Counted from the first letter of the stretch, positions 1 through 14,190 are shown. The stretch is DNA of 64,000 nt from Eledone cirrhosa (GCA_964016885.1 OZ024740.1:223572001-223636000); one strand, 5' to 3'. Program-made: numbers and translations. Notes: a model not told the origin generated them from the letters alone.

Positions 1-270
1 GTGGTCGTGTAAGTGTCACAGCAAAAAACACCCAGTCCACACTATAAAGTTTTCATGTAGGTGTCACAACAAAAAGCACCCAGTAGCCACTGTAAATGAG
101 GTTAACTTTAGGAAGGGCATCCAGCTGTAGAAACCAAGCCCAAATCAGTTCTGTATGAGCAAGACATGGTCAACTGACCTAGCATTGCCCACAGTAGAAC
201 AACTCAGGTAACCCATGCTAATGTGGAGAAATGACGTAAAATGGTGATGATGATGATGATGATGATGGTG
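1..270 (+). mobile_element. 3' end of a dispersed non-LTR retroposon (SINE/LINE tail) with (TGA)n tail
   Basis: aaaaagcacccagt...ggaagggcatccagctgtagaaacc...aaatggtgatgatgatg; related reverse-strand copies near 2600-2780 and 8500-9010 and plus-strand pieces near 16630-17060. Confidence 0.6.
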
Positions 271-818
271 GTAAAAAAGATTTTAAGTATATATTAAATC
301 ATTTATTAAGTAAATTTCATAATCAATGAGATAAAAAGATAAAACACTAATTAAGTTATTGGTAAACATGGAGCAATGCATTCTACAGTGATTTAATTTA
401 GTATAGAGAAATATAGTTGAACCAAAACAGGATTTGACATTATAACTCTGATAAGCAAGCATAAAATATCTCGGGGCCCCTCTGTAGTATCTAAGTCCTT
501 TCTTTTTAAATATTAATACATGTTGTAACTACAAATTACAGCAGAAATGTTATGAAAACATATACATGGTTACTTAGTATAACATAACTACTGCATTAAG
601 GTTTTACAACCTGCAGTTTAAGATTTAACGTCAATTTTCCTTTCTTCGATCTTATGATCATCAGATAACAAACAACACAGATTCTACTATAAATATGAAT
701 CGAATGCAATTATATTTATCTGAGTAGTGTATCATATATATATATATATATAAATGAAGTAATTCCGTCAGAAAAGTCCAGGAAAAAAGAGTGCTCTATG
801 TAGGTTACAGAGCTTAAT

Positions 819-1081
819 AGTTATGTAATAAACAACATAAGATAATTATTTCATTTACCAATGGTTTCTTGAAAGAAAAGGAAATCCTGGTGTATTTATT
901 GACAGTGGATATTAAAAACAAAAAATATAATCTAAGATAGATTATATTTTTGTTTTTAAAATCCACTGTCAATAAATACACCAGGATTTTTTCATTCTGA
1001 TGACTGAAAGCAAATTTCTTTTGCTTTCAAGAAACCACTGGTAAATGAAATAATTATCTTAAGTTTTTTTAATACATAACT
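819..1081. repeat. Imperfect foldback (about 260-bp palindrome)
   Basis: Arms agttatgta...aaaaatataatct and agattatattttt...tacataact, centred near 935; right arm has extra sequence around 990-1020. Confidence 0.85.
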
Positions 1082-1214
1082 ATATAGATATACATATACA
1101 GAGTGGGTAGATTAGGGAAAGTAGAGAATCTACTGTGAGCTCAGCAATGTCAGCTACTTTTTGAAGAGGTAACTAGCTGAAGCTACCGAGCTTGCAGTAC
1201 ATTCTCTACTTTCA

Positions 1215-1428
1215 ATAATATATGTGTGTATGTATATGGCATATATATATATATGTGTGTGTGCATATATATATATGTGTGTGTGTGCATATATGTGTGT
1301 GTGTGTATATTTGTGTGTATATATATATATATGTGTGTGTGTATATGTGTGTATGTATAAGGCGTGTGTGTTTGCATGTATGTATATGGCGTGTGTGTGT
1401 GTATGTATATGGCATATATATATATATA
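1215..1428. repeat. Compound (TA)n/(TG)n microsatellite
   Basis: Seen directly; explains the overlapping Y/I/H/T-rich ORFs. Confidence 0.95.
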
Positions 1429-3499
1429 GCAAATGAAAAAAAATGAAATTAACAACTGACACTTATACCTGGCTTATAAGGGAACATCACATAGAATGTT
1501 TCTTGTGTGTTTTAATAATAGTAGTTCCAGTCCTATTATGAAAAGTAACATAAGATCAAGTATCTTGCTCAAGAACATAACACATGGTTTGGTTCAGAAA
1601 TTGAACCCACAGTTTTATGCTCGAGAGCTATACCCACTAACCATTAGGTCATACACCTTCAACTATATATCCGTAGTGTCAATTCACACATAAAATCGAA
1701 ATTTGGGGATAGTTCAGTATTTTGTTTATATATGTAAATGTTCAATATTTGATTTTTGACCGTTCAAAATTTGAATTTTGGATTTGAAAGTGATTGTTTC
1801 TTGAGATCGAGATCAAGGTATATGTGATCAAACTGTATGTGTCCAATTAACTGTATTTCGGACAGCTGACCTACTCCATAAAATCAGAATGACAGCAGCC
1901 CATCTGAGGAAGGAGCCCAGCAAGGTTGGGTGGCTGTTGCAGCAGGTGTCACTGGTCATTGACTACAGAAATGCTTTTTGCAATTGTATCTGTGAGCCAC
2001 AGTCAAACACTGCTCAGATATAGAGGTAGAGTATGTCGCCCTCTCACCTTCCCCCATTCTTCCTTTGACTAATAGTCCTTGCTCTTTCCCTCTTTTCTTC
2101 TCATCTAGGGCTTTTATAGTCCATTCTAATGCTGCTTTCTTTTTCTGTATGTTTTACCAATTTATAGCTATATCGACAATAAATGTATAAAGTACTGTTT
2201 CTGGTTTTGTGCAGGGATACAATACAACTGCATGTTGTAAAATGTGACTAAAAAGGTTGGTGCCAGGAAAGGAACCTAGACATAAAACATTACCTCAAAA
2301 AGGACCCCATGATGATTATGAAAGCTGTAATGGGACCTGTATGTTTAATTCCTGGTTTAGCAGGGAAAATAACCTTAAAGTGTCTGTTGTGTTGTATTGA
2401 GATCAATGTGTAAGTATTATGAAAAGAAGTTTAATGTTACCCAACATCCATGTCTGTATATATTTATATTCCTTAACTTTTAGCAATAAGAGTATCCAAA
2501 CAATTTTTATCTTTAACATTAAAATAAAACTAAACAAATCAGGCCAAAACTATTTTATATTCTGATGCATAGATCATACATTCATTTTATATACAGTATT
2601 TACATCATCATCATCATGATTTAACATTTATTTTCCATGCTTTTATTGATTAGGTGGACTGTTGAAAACTGGAGCTAGATGGGTCAGGTGATTACATCTT
2701 ACTCATATGCCCCATATTTTGGCTTGGTTTCTATGGCTCGTCCTAATGATAACCCCATACAATATATTTTCAATTGACATTTTGTAGGCTCAGGAGATAA
2801 GTCACACATTCACTTTTCATGTATTTCTATGAAAAAAATCCAACTCGTACATGAGTATCTACATTCATTCCATATATACACAGTATTCAGCTTTTCTAAA
2901 GAGTGTTGCGCAAACATAATTACACTAATGAAAATGTATAATTATATGTTTCTGTCAGAATTCATATAATTTAAATATCATTTTATTTTTCTCATTATAA
3001 ACAGAGGATTTAGCAATTCTGGGGCTGCAGATATGAGAAAATAATGTAATATTTATTTAATTATATAGTTTGTTTGATACTGAATATTAAGTTGTTTCAG
3101 GTAACTCTATTTTCATTTCTAATGATTTAAATGTAAAATTCAAATTATATCTGTTCAGTTTATTAAATAAACATTATATGAGTGTACAAGGCGACAATGA
3201 AATGCATGAAATCAATTCCAAAATCTCAGTGAAGTCAGAAGAAGGTAGTAATTGAATTTAGTTCTTCCTTGTTCATTACTTGGCATTAAATGAGATCAGA
3301 ACAATTTCATTATATGCACATTTAACTTCTTGAGTGAGAGTGAGTACAAAGAAATAGGAAATTTCTATAAAAATATACAAAATGATTCTGTAATCTGATT
3401 TTCTGCCAGAGATTTTTTATTTCTAGGTACTATTTCTTGAAAATATTTAATTATGTCATGAGTGGTTACAAAGTTTGCTTTGCAACCATGGATGGTCAT

Positions 3500-4170
3500 A
3501 GTTTGATTGCAGTGCACAGTACCATGGTACCATAGCCTCAGGTTGACTAATTCCTTGTGTGTGAACTTTGTGTATAGAAACTATACAGTAGCTTATCATG
3601 TCAACAACATTGACCTCATTAACATTTTTACATCCGTTATTCCATGCTGGTCCGAGTTGGATAAATTCTTTTTCACTCCAGCATCTCACCAATTGTTGTG
3701 GTCTTTTATAATGTTTTTCAAGAGGCCTCACTTGAGATCAGCTTTTACCCATCTTCTTCAGTTTTACTTTGCTACAGGTTCTTTCAACCTGGAATACTTG
3801 GCAAATGTTCATTCACCTGCTATCTGCAATATGCACAATATACATCATATATCTGTACCATGTCTTTTCGTATGCACATATCTGATTCCTCTCATACACA
3901 TTTTTGTTCTCCCAACCTTACTGTGCTTTATCTATAATGCAAACTAACAATACACATCTATCAAAATGCTTGCTTCATTTCATTTCAGTCTTCCCGCATC
4001 CTCTAAATTCAGTTGCTATGTTTCACTATGATGAAGCAACACATTTCATATGCAAGCATCATACAATCTGCGTTTAACACAGACAGAGATTCTGTTTGTC
4101 TCTAGAAGTGTAATAGACGTCTAAATTTTTTCCATTTGTCTACTAAACTTTGTGACATCTATCATCACTG
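3500..4170 (-). mobile_element. Decayed RTE-like LINE, 3' part
   Basis: Minus-strand remnants such as LYDACI*NVLLHHSET resemble the post-RT region of RTE LINEs; many stops. Confidence 0.45.
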
Positions 4171-4229
4171 TTTATTAGGTTACCTATATGATAGCAACTA
4201 TTTTACAAACGGGATAAAAAAACAAAAAA

Positions 4230-5400
4230 AAACGTACGCAGTCCCGCAGACCTTCCTTTATTATAGTTTAGATTACTCTATTTTGAGCTGTGTTTAACTT
4301 CTCCACATATCTTTATAACTTTTGATATGATAGGCCCACATAGTGTTTACATAAAAATATATACAATATACAAGTGGGAACCGTTTCTTCTATAACTACA
4401 ACGGTACGCGATGGGGCCCACCCACAGCCCCGGCGGCCAGAATGGAGAAGGCGTTTCCCCGGGGGATGGCAAGGCAGACGCACTGGAAGAGCCACTCCAA
4501 CTCGCGGTGCTCATACCTGCGGCTGGCCAGCTCAGCGCCTATGGTGGTGAGTAAGGAGGTAGCCCTGGGGCCGAGGACACCAGAAGTCTCCACTGCTAGG
4601 GGTACGACTGCAAGGGTCCGACTGGTATTTGAGGAGTTTGGCCCCCTCAGCCCGACGTGCCGCAGAACCTGGGTTAGTCACAGACTGCACTAGGTTGTGG
4701 CTGCAAAAAGTGTTGGTGCAAGTGGCATCCCAGACGAGGGGTTTGCCAACCTGGAACGGAAAGATGGTCATGCCATCTGGCCTTTTGCCGTCCCCTCGAT
4801 CCAGCCACACCGGCTCGAGCTGAGAAGGGAAGCCTGCAGCGTTCAAGCCACGCTTAATGAACTCGTTGAGGGCAGCATGGCATGGAATGCTGCTGGCACT
4901 GTGGCGACAAGAAAGCGGGTGGAGGCCGAAAGAGTCCAAGGTGGAAATGCAATGACATTGATGTGGCTGGCAGATCCGGAAGCCAAGCCTCAGGGAAATG
5001 CTGATGCACATGCTATGGTTGTCTAGCTGCGTGCCAGTGGAGAAGGAAGGCAGGGCATGGAGCCAGTCACCAATGTGGGGTTTGGAGGCCGCACGAAAAC
5101 AAGCAAGGCGGGGCTGGTCGAGCTGGCGCGTGAGCCTGTCTGAGGCCAGGCTGCACTGGATGGCATCCCAAGTGCGTTGGGAGGACTTGATGTCAACAGA
5201 GGAAGAAGTAGCTAAGTCCCAGCCGGTCCCATGTCTCACAGGCGGCCTCATGTTCTCTGAACACAGAGGGTTCTGTTGTGTTTCGAAGAACCCTGCTGAC
5301 GAGGACGCGACACGAGTTTACCGACGAAAGATATGCCGGCAAAGCCAGTGAGATCGGGGACCGGAGGCCAAGGCCACCATACCTGACAGGTAAAGTGACC
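4230..5400 (-). mobile_element. 5'-truncated CRE-like non-LTR retrotransposon (Zn finger plus restriction-like endonuclease), frameshifted
   Basis: ORF 4532-5251: WLHALP, CHC..LDSFGLHPLSC, DGKRPDG, LVWDATC; continues in ORF 4396-4593: ETSGVLGP..WLFQ..LAIPRGNA; GC-rich island. Confidence 0.85.
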
Positions 5401-5459
5401 TGTTGCCACTCTATCTATTAGTTACTTCTTTGGATTTATTTTAGCATTTGAAAAAAATA

Positions 5460-5920
5460 ATTCATTTCAAAATATTTGTTTTTCTACCAGGTTTAATTTG
5501 ACCTCTTGTTTCTCACTTTAAGGATTTTTGATTCTCCAACAAAATCAGCAATGTGAGTAAGCAGTTCTTATAGGTAACCTCTTTTAAACACTTCAGTAAT
5601 AACTGAGAGAACTATAATAAACAGGGAGGGGTGAGAACCAACCCCTAATGAACATCTACTTTCACACTAAATCCCTCACTGGATTCATTGCTGATACTAC
5701 ACTTGCTGAAGTTTCCCTTGTAATTGATTTTGATGGTTTTCATGAGTCATTCTTTTTCATGTAGAGTTCTAAGCTGTCACCAAACTACAGAACTTTCTAC
5801 TCTGTAAGTCACATGTGAAGTACAGAGGTTGGTCCTTAAGAATTTATCCTATCGCTTTCTCATTAGGAAAAAGGCATTGGAGTACCTTGTCTAGGGACAT
5901 CCCCAAACTGGAATTCATCT
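5460..5920 (-). mobile_element. Decayed RTE-like LINE reverse-transcriptase fragment
   Basis: Minus-strand FSVKVDVH*GLVLTPSLFIIVLSVITEVFKRGYL*ELL resembles the VGVHQGSVLSPLLF..ELLYADD region of RTE RTs. Confidence 0.6.
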
Positions 5921-6559
5921 AATCTAAAATTATTCCTAAAACGTTGCACACTAAATATTTCTGCACACTACATTCTCATCAGATTTAACTGAGTTACCTC
6001 CCTTTGATAATACCCTCTTTAGATTCCATCTGTTTTGAGGTTGATTAAATTGGTACCTGATTAATGGCAGATGTCAATATAATCAACTAAAACCCTTGAA
6101 TGTGGGGCTTGAATATGATTGAAATCAAATGAATGTGACCAGTACATATATAAAGGACTATGCATTAAATCAAGTTGCAAAAGGGCAGTGGATTGGCAGT
6201 ATTGGTGGGTTTAATCGACTTTTTCTTCCCCCCAAAAATTGTTGGCCTTGTACCTAAATCAGAAACCAATATAATATATGAGAGGCCAGGTTGAAACACT
6301 CAACTCTGATAGACACTTATCTACAGATAATGTCATACTAAAATACATTATTCTCTGGTTTAAAATGTAAGAAAATAAATTCCCAATACAAAAAACCATT
6401 AATTTCAGGAATACATATTTTTTGATAGAAAAAAAATCAAATTTTGCAGAAGATAAAATCATTTAATAAATATACAGGTTTTGAACAATGATGCACTGTT
6501 ATAATCATCTCCTAGGTGTATAAATATAGATGTGAAAGGAAAATAAGATATTTTAAGTA

Positions 6560-6835
6560 AAGATACATAACCTAGTAGTTAGAATTTTAGATTTTTGATC
6601 ATAATGTAGTTTTGAATCCTGGAATAGGTTAGGTATTTGTTTTTGAGCAAAAACATCTCATTTCATGTTGCTCCAGTATACTCAGCTGAAAATGAGTACC
6701 ACCAGTTGTTGGGTGTTTAAACCTGCGATGACCTGACATCTTGTCCAGGTTAGAGTCTTATACTATCAGTAGTTTAATGCTACGGAATTCAGGATAAACA
6801 CTGGCCTGATGAGTCTCTGAGCTTGAGACAGACTT
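6560..6835 (+). mobile_element. tRNA-derived SINE family B, degraded copy
   Basis: Shares ttgagcaa..catttcatgttgctccagt..actcagctg..aaatgagtacc core with 18432-18675. Confidence 0.6.
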
Positions 6836-7104
6836 CAGACTTTTAGAGTTATACTATGTGTACTGACAAACAAGTGGGAAATCTTCCCATGGTGGTACTT
6901 AGAGTTTGGCTGGAGTGGTTACACAATTTTCTGGGGTTTTTTGTGTGAGATGAGACAGTATTAAGGACCACTCTGAGTGTGGCAAACCCTAGTTACACCA
7001 ATGTATATATATGATCTCTTTATTTGGTGCAAGGCCATTTATGAAATAAAAGTCAATTGATGTTATGCCAGTATCTTACTGATACTTATTATTTTATTCT
7101 TTAT

Positions 7105-7211
7105 AATCCCGCCGAGGTTAACTTTGCCTTTCATCCTTACGGGGTCAATAAAATAAAGTACCAGTAATACACTGGAATAATTGCTGGCCTTATGCCAAAA
7201 GTAGAAACAAT
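7105..7211 (+). mobile_element. SINE family A, 5'-truncated
   Basis: aatcccgccgaggttaactttgcctttcatccttacggggtc...agaaacaa, near identical to the other family A copies. Confidence 0.8.
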
Positions 7212-7344
7212 TATTTTATTCTTCATAAATAAAACAAAACACATATGAGAAAGGAATGAAGATTTTCGAAGTAGACAATATATAACCTCTAATTCTGGCT
7301 TTCTCTTTGTGCTGACGATCATGCTTATCCATTTTACATTCTTG

Positions 7345-7660
7345 CATTGGTTACAGTAGGCCTCTCGTGCACAGTTACCCTCCACTGGTCATATCCCTTC
7401 TTCACTGTATGGTTTACAGAGAGCAACTCCTGCATGATTTCCCCCCATTTATCATTACTTCTTCATTGTATTGGTTAGAGAAGGCATCGCCAGTACAGTT
7501 TACCTTTATTTATTACATTCCCCCCCCTTCATTTTATAGGTTACAGAAGGCATCTCCAGAACAGTCTACCTCCACTTGTCACATCCTGTCTTCGTTGTAT
7601 GGGTTACAGGGAGCCTCTCCTTCGCAATCTCCTTCCACTTGTCACATACCTTCTTCAATT
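7345..7660. repeat. Degenerate minisatellite, about 5 units of 60-67 bp
   Basis: Recurring ggttacag..gc.tctc...ctccacttgtcacat..cttc at about 7351, 7413, 7474, 7541 and 7604. Confidence 0.75.
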
Positions 7661-8499
7661 CTTGTGAGGTTCAGTGCCCTAAGATCCACTTTCCATACCT
7701 ATGATGAAGTATTCCTTGGTCTTCTTCTTTCATTGCATGCTTCATGTTGGAACATCTGGCTCTAATACAAATTAATGTGTAAAACAGTAACTGGTCTGAA
7801 ATTAATGTTTGAAAAATAGAAAATGGACACATTTATATTTAAAACTAAACATCAGTATGAATAGTTAAATGAAACCTTTTAACAATTTTCCATTAATAGA
7901 TTCTCAGCTGTTCATTTGAATATTTAGTTTTGTCAAAATGATTTTTTAAATTTAAGTACATATCTTTTTTTATAAATAGCGTAGATATACAAAGTGCATT
8001 TGAAATATATAAAAAATTTTGAAGCAAACTCACATCTCCTTTGCTAATGTATTACAGTCAACATATTAATCAACATATTCATTATTGTCACCATCATAAT
8101 CAACATCATCATTTTTAGACATTTTTAGATCTAATTTACCATGCCTGTATGGGAGGAATGAGACATTTTAAGGCAGTAATTTATGACCAGTTGTCATTCC
8201 TCATGCTATCCCTTATTTGCTTTTAAGTAAAATACTTATACAATGATCTCCAGAAGAGCTGCAGGATATATGGTTTATGTGACAGACAAACTTTATCACC
8301 TGCCCACATAGTGTCAATGCACCAACCAAATTTTAATCAAATGGCATTTTCAGCACATAACTATAGTACAATACACTTTCCCAATTGCATTGTGGTGTGA
8401 AATAATTTAAATAAGATCACTCCTTAAACAACATGTGCTGGAATTTATAATAAATAATCTGACAATATCCAAATGTTATGTTAATGCTTGCATATATCA

Positions 8500-9015
8500 T
8501 CATCATTTCATGTCCATTTGTCCATGCTAGCATGGGTTAGACAAGTTGTCTCATTGTGAGACAAGTCAGATCCGATGACTATGTCTTGCTCATACAGAAC
8601 TGTTCCTAGTTTGGTTTCTATGGATGAATGCCTTTCCTAATGCCAACCACATTTAAGTGTGAACTGAGTGCTTTTTATCATGGCACGAACATGACCACTT
8701 TAAAAGGTAGACTGGGCATTTATTGCCATGTCGCTAACATGACCACTCTACTGGGCGCTCTTTGTCATCTCACCAACATAACCACCTTACAAAGCAAACT
8801 GGCTGCTCTTTGCATGTCATCAAACCGAACAGTCCTCATTGGTGGACGATGCACTTTCTGTCATGTCAACACAATGACTACTTTACAGGGTCGGCTATGT
8901 GCTTCATGACATGTCACCAGCATGATGGACTGGGTGCTTATTTGTCAGATCACCTGCACGACCATCTTGCAGGTAGCGCTAGGTGCTCTTTTGTCATGCT
9001 AACTTACATGTTAAC
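8500..9015 (-). mobile_element. Retroposon tail related to 1-270, with internal ~45-bp tandem amplification
   Basis: catcatcat start, ggtttctatggatgaatgcctttcctaatgccaaccac, then repeated tgtcatg..aacatgaccactttac..ggt.gactgggtgc units. Confidence 0.55.
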
Positions 9016-12000
9016 TTGAAGAACTTTTAATTCCAAGTAATGCTTCCAGGTCAGAAATATTTTCTCTAGTTTTGCTATAGATTCAGTTATGAGAGTAGGA
9101 TAATTGGCATACAGGATTTCTTAAGGGCAACCTGTTTTAAACTATTCTGTTATAGCCTGGGGGACGATAATAGGCAGAACAGAGCTAAGGTTGGTGACAA
9201 TGAAAAATATTTTGAATTTTACCAAAATCTATTTGTTACAGGTTTTGTTTTGTCCCAGCTGTTGATTTAATGGCAAGTTTATGTAGAGGAATCTCTTTCC
9301 TTATTTTCACATTAAAAATAGCAAATTTCATCTACCATATATTCCTGTGTATAATTATCATCGTCTTCTATGAAAATATGTGAAATTTATCGTGTGTTTT
9401 ATTTACATTTACAAAATTTCAATTCAAAATAAATGATACAATATTAAATGTTGGTTCAACTTATTGACTAGTAAGTGATGTAATTATTATAGTCTACAGT
9501 TGTGTAGGTTTAACTGTCCTCATATGAGGTTGCAGCTCACAGGTCTTTTGGGTGTTTTGTTGATATGGCCCTATTTCTAAAATAATGGAAGTATACATGA
9601 GTAAATATGATAATTCTTTCAGTTCATTTTAAGGCCACTGAATATAGTTTTCTCATGTTCTTTGATTCAGAATCAACTTTCAGTTTTATTTTTTCTGATT
9701 ATGGGTTAGTAAAGGTAAATTGACCGGTAAATATGGTTAAAATTTTCAAAGGTGTTTGTGTAGATCAGTGTTTAAAAAAGTGTTTTTCAGGATTTTCTGA
9801 AAAGCCCCCAGTTCCATAAGATAAGGTGATTTTTAGAAATTTTAATGAAAATTTATTGTTTTATTTTAATATGGAAAAATTTATTCTATAAAATAATTTG
9901 TTTCATTAAATGTCTTATTAGACTTAAAATGTAGTCCATACAATAAAGGTATGGTTTATGCTACAACATAAGTTTAAGAACCACTAGCATAGACATAATA
10001 AAAAGGAAGAATGAAGTATCTAATTATTTTGGTGGCAAACCTTTATGAAGTTATTGTTGTTAGAAAGTTATTGTTGTTAGAAAGCTAATACAAAAACATA
10101 AAGCACGTAATGTGAAATGTCAGATGCAAATCTATAGATGAATCTATAGAGTACTTATTCCACAACTGTAATTTTTTATGAAATCAATAGAATACAGGCC
10201 ACATGAAGCATATTTTATAGTTTTATTCAAACTGAAAATAATGAAACAAGTACCATATATACTCATGTACATGCCACATATTTTCCCTGATGTGTATAGA
10301 TGATGATTGAGTCATGTGATATGTATGGATGATGATGATGATGATAATGATGAATAGATTTTCTTCTGGATTCCTTAATGAAAGTGTTATTGTAAAGGTT
10401 TGGGAATCCGGATTTTGTTGAATTTTTATACATGAATAATGTGGGAAATCACATTAAATTCTAATTATTTTTAACATCTTGAATTGAATATAATATTCTT
10501 TAAAAAATAACATGCATCATCATCATCCTCATCATCACCGGCACCAGCACTACCATCATCATCATTTTAATGTTCATTGTCTCTGCTGGCAAGAGTTGAA
10601 CATTTCTAAAAATTATAGTTTAAGATTTACAAATCTATACTACTCATCAAATATGCTTGATATTTGTCTGAGATAGAGATCAATTTATTTTGTAATGGTA
10701 AATTTGTTTAGAATTAGAAAGTGTCAAATGTGTCTCATGGAGACAAATGGGTATTTCGGCATATATCAGCACCAAGATAGTTTGAGGTAACACTGTGACT
10801 GCTTGGGGCTCTTTCATTGATACAAATGCAATACAAAAAAAAAAAAATGCTAAAAAGAAAAAAGTAAAAATTCTAAACATAAAATAAACGATAGGAAATT
10901 GTACCTGCAATATTTTGAACAAGCATTTACCAAACTTCTTTATACTTTATGAATTTCGTGGCACACTGATTTTAACAATTATATGAGTACAAACACAGCA
11001 GCTAATAGGAATTATTATGAAGAAGAAAAGCAAATTATTGAAAAGAAACAAGGTGAGGCTGCGCCAATAAGAGCAATAACAGTGACAGAAACTGATATTA
11101 AAAAAAGGGTTAGTAGATAAATAATGTATGTGTTTTGGATTTCCAATGCTAGGGAGGTTAATCTATTACCATATATATTACTATTCCCATAATTTGTTTA
11201 TGTTTTTCTCTTGTGATAAGGCATGGTTGCAATACATTTACATGACATTATATAAAAAAAAACTCTAAGATAACTGAAAATAATGTCTGACTCTTGTCAA
11301 CAATTGTGCATGGCAATTCTAAAACTCTAGTTCTCATGTTATAAAAAAAAGTTTTCTAAAACAATGTTTCAAACTTATTTACATTCCAGAAATATATCAA
11401 TTATTCAAAGATGTCATAAACAAATGATGGAATATAATATAAATTTGCTGGGCAAATGCTAGCAAATTTGTAAACAAGTATGTGAAAAGCAAAAGAATAG
11501 TAAAAAAAAACATTTTAGTGGTCCTGAACTTCATAATTAATGAGGTTTGTTCAGAAACAACTGTGGTTTTTCATTTCTTTTGTGATGTTCATTGTATAAA
11601 TATCTGATATCCAATTTAAATAATCTGAATTTAAAAAACAAAATTTTATTTTGTATTCAAAGCAAAAGGGCAGTTTGAAACATCAAAATGCTTTCTATAG
11701 AGATGGGTAGTTTCAGTGTTTTGTTGTTTTTGTTGTTGTTATCATCATCATTATTATTATTATTAATAATTTCTTCTATTTGCAGCAGAATACAAGAAAA
11801 ACTATGTGTGACAAGTAACCTCCAAGATGTTATTTAAATTGATAACAATAGTAGCTAACAAAGATAAAGAGATATAATTGATGCTTTATCGTAATCTAGT
11901 TTCCGCTGTCAATATTATGTATTAGAATATCAAAATGTTTGGCCTGACATTTTATCTTCCTGTATTAGATACAAGATTTAGTGAAGTTGATAAACACTTT

Positions 12001-13849
12001 CAAAAACCCTTTCCTATGAAAAGCTAAAAGGATGTATAAACTTCTGTTGAGTCGATGCTGAGTGTTCTAGTTGTTCGATCAACAGACAGCCTTCTCCTGA
12101 AATTAATGTTCTCAAATTGTAACCAAACATAATATAATTAACCTTTTCTGCATTATTCAAAAACACTCTTCCAATGTTCTTTAAATCTGTGGTAATATCA
12201 TTTGGGAGGTCATCTTTTAAGGTCAGATTCTTGAAGGAATATGCAAAGGTCTATCATTAGATTGTTTTCAGCTTTCAAAGGACTTTTGTATATATTAAGA
12301 CATATGTGATTTGCTTTTTTTTGGTAGGAATTAAATGAAAGGTGCATATGATACATATACTAGAAAGGCCAACCCCAGGAATAATATCTTAGCATTCCAT
12401 CAATTACTAATGTGAGATTGTTCACATAAATTATATAACAATACAGCAAGCTAGATAGAGAGAAACCATAGAACAGGATCTATTCAAACTGAAAGTGGTT
12501 ACTATGATAAATTGTTGAATTGAAAACAAGCAAGCAAATTTTGAATAAACTTCATAGATATTAGAACATTAAATTTTGAAATGCCCTTTAAATATGCAGA
12601 AAGGTTTCATGACAAGCAAATCAATTTTATAAGCTTTGTTTATCAGCCATAAAATCTGCAATATGGTATCCTCTTTTTCCTTATTTAATTGAACATTCTT
12701 ATATATTATGACAAACTATTTCTTTTAGAAACCTAGCATATTACTTTTTGAGAAAGATATCAGCATTGCCAAAGATATAATGCCTTTTTCTCCTGAAATT
12801 TGAATAGTTTCAGAAATGATATCTAAGCATTTATCTTTGTATGTAAGAACATATAAATTTCTACAAGGATTTAATAATTTCTTTTAAAAAGATAACTGGC
12901 ATTTTGTGAGTGAACATCATTTTAGATTTGTGTTTTTTTATGGTAGATAATTTACATTAAATTTCATGTTGTATTAAAAAAGTCCAGCAAATATTATCTG
13001 TTACTTGCTTAAATAGTCCATATGTCTATGGGCTTTTAAAAGGTTCATTAAAAGAAGCTAATAGAACTTGTAGTGGATGATTATAATGACTCTGCAAGAA
13101 TTGTCAAAGTGAATAGAGGCTATGTTATGACACAAGAAATAAGGGGATACAAATATGGAATTTTGATCATATTTTCAAAGATTTCCTTTCATCATAATCA
13201 TCATCAGTTTATGTTCCTTTTATATGCTGGCATAAGTTGGATATGTTGTCATAGTCTGTGTTTGGAAGCATCAGGAAAACTATGTCTTGCTCATATTCTA
13301 TTTTGTGCATGATTTCTACACCTGAATGCTTATTCTAATTTCAAAAACCAATGAAGTGTAAAGGGTGAATGTTATTGTATCACTGGCTCAACATTTTACA
13401 GAGTATACTGGGCATTTATGCTATACACATTTCTTAACTATATCTAGCAACAAACCAAGCAGGTGGACATTGAGGACAAGTTGAAATATTATTCATCAGG
13501 AAAAAGGGCAGTTAATATATTACTAGATTTCTGATAAGTGGTCTTTGAATTGCCAACAGAAATAAAAACAAATACAAATCATTGAAGAATCCTTAATCGT
13601 TGGAAGCCTGAATACTTAACATATATGCTGTCACAAACCCTAGTTACTCTCATGAAAATTATAATAAATATATAAACTTAACAAAAATCCCATTAATGCC
13701 TTCTGGTGAATATAGGCTAAAGAAATAATTGTTAAAGAAATAATGTAAAACAATTACTGTTTCATTCTGAAAGCAATGTAACAGCAAAAGCAGAAGTGTA
13801 TATGGCTGAGAACTCTCAGCTACTAGTCCAACATTGCTTTATGTCATAC

Positions 13850-14190
13850 GCACTTTCTCTCTTCATACAGCAAAACTGCAAAACTCAAATTTCAATATGC
13901 TTCAGACATGGAAAATTAGCTGGCAACAGATATCTCAACTAGTGCAACTGAATGTCAACCCCAATACAGCCCTCACACCAGATGCTACTCTCTTGTCCCT
14001 GAATTGGCTATGCCCAGGTGTCAGCTAATTCAATGCAGCCTTCCACCAATGGGGGCTGCAGTCCTCAGAAGCTTGCCAGTGTCGTTCACTAGAGCAGATT
14101 GCAGAACACATACTGAGTGAATGCCCAGATGTCTGCCTACATGAGTGTGTGGACCAGCCCACTACTGGGACAAATGAGAAATTGATGTAA
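13850..14190 (+). mobile_element. Possible decayed LINE C-terminal fragment with CCHC-like motif
   Basis: WGLQSSEACQCRSLEQIAEHILSECP resembles the WG..C.C..QT..HI...CP C-terminus of RTEX/I-group LINEs. Confidence 0.4.

Noticed and set aside
1154-1462. Many ORFs rich in Y/I/H/T/C/V or R/E/L/S, here and at 18-24 kb, 28-30 kb, 37.7-41.4 kb and 57-58.5 kb
   Set aside because: They are translations of (TA)n, (CA)n and (GA)n microsatellites.
3159-3244. Possible plus-strand exon (LLNKHYMSVQGDNEMHEINSKISVKSEE)
   Set aside because: AG acceptor present but weak donor (GTAGTA) and no recognisable homology; needs RNA-seq.
7345-9015. Regularly spaced repeats as CRISPR-like arrays
   Set aside because: Whole units are mutually similar with no unique spacers, the context is eukaryotic, and no cas genes are present.
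10983-11818. Possible last exons of a plus-strand gene (MSTNTAANRNYYEEEK..KKR, donor GTTAGT; acceptor tttgcag at 11785)
   Set aside because: Upstream frame closed by a stop, no clear acceptor for the first piece, and no recognisable protein.
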